From contig PFSC01000156.1 in NCBI GenBank assembly GCA_002788865.1, positions 1-34,786 of the forward strand: a stretch of 34,786 nucleotides of DNA, given 5' to 3'. The translations under genes were made by a program, and so were the position numbers. Under the pieces are notes generated by a model. That model made no database searches. It saw nothing but the letters and a program-made list of their open reading frames with translations, and was not told where the DNA came from. The DNA comes from Candidatus Roizmanbacteria bacterium CG_4_9_14_0_2_um_filter_39_13. Its GTDB lineage: Bacteria > Patescibacteriota > Microgenomatia > UBA1406 > GWC2-37-13. How positions within the stretch are numbered: the first letter of the stretch is position 1; every line of letters begins with the position of its first letter. Shown one piece after another: positions 34,761 through 34,786 of the stretch.

Positions 34761-34786
34761 GTCATTCCCGCCCCCGATCGGAGTCG
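34761..34786. repeat. GTCAT-hairpin repeat unit truncated by the window end
   Basis: gtcattcccgcccccgatcggagtcg starts with the family 5' terminus. Confidence 0.6.

Noticed and set aside
34556-34765. 69-aa ORF, and similar ORFs at 30791-30973, 27639-27827, 1052-1330 and 24000-24239
   Set aside because: They are composed largely of GTCAT-hairpin or palindrome repeat sequence (translations such as VILSVAKNPWTLLPP or RDRSRPVPT). They are repeat-generated artefacts, not genes.
1-34786. Possible CRISPR array among the many short repeats
   Set aside because: The repeats are hairpins of variable length and both orientations, clustered two to four at a time. They lack regularly spaced unique spacers, and no cas genes are present.
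1-34786. Alternative genetic code (UGA recoding, as in some CPR lineages)
   Set aside because: All long conserved genes (lon, ftsH, sufB, sufS, tsaD) read through intact with the standard code and several end in TGA. No recoding is needed.

Overview
Low-GC, gene-dense bacterial window. The gene content suggests a Candidate Phyla Radiation / Patescibacteria-type genome, which is an inference: minimal SufD, stand-alone 5'-3' exonuclease and flavokinase, Wzy/ArnT-like glycan genes, few Shine-Dalgarno sites and many intergenic hairpin repeats. The standard genetic code fits all long ORFs.

Layout:
- 0-1.8 kb: two small coupled ORFs, rmlC, a flavokinase and tRNA-Met(CAT).
- 1.9-9.3 kb: a six-gene surface-glycan cluster (GT2, Wzy/O-antigen-ligase-like, ArnT/PMT-like, three GT4).
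- 9.3-15.8 kb: an accessory island.
- 15.9-34.6 kb: housekeeping genes. These are FemAB-like, Lon, 2-oxoacid:ferredoxin oxidoreductase, ferredoxin, two mini zinc-ribbon proteins, sufU/sufS split by a RAYT transposase, sufCBD, tsaD, a tsaC-tsaE fusion, ftsH, a FEN-type exonuclease, a membrane protein and a MazG-like protein.

The accessory island is the most interesting part. It carries a Bro-N/DinD-like gene flanked by a 37-bp direct repeat, then a restriction-gene fragment, then a tightly packed four-gene cassette. The cassette is an EcoRI-family m6A methyltransferase, a DUF262-HNH nuclease, an OLD-family ATPase-TOPRIM nuclease and a DUF2130 coiled-coil nuclease-like protein. I cannot map this combination onto any named defence system. 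The OLD protein also ends in an SSB-like C-terminal tip (EDDIPF).

Other notable signals:
- A family of GTCAT...GGATCCATG hairpin repeats with compensatory stem changes, inserted inside operons.
- A RAYT gene carrying its own 28-bp GTAG palindrome in frame.
- A GC-rich five-hairpin element between the two zinc-ribbon genes.
- AAATTGA-like heptamer arrays embedded in frame in three conserved genes.
- Promoter -10 boxes only 5-11 nt upstream of start codons, which suggests leaderless mRNAs.

All functional calls come from motif recognition by eye. No database search was run.
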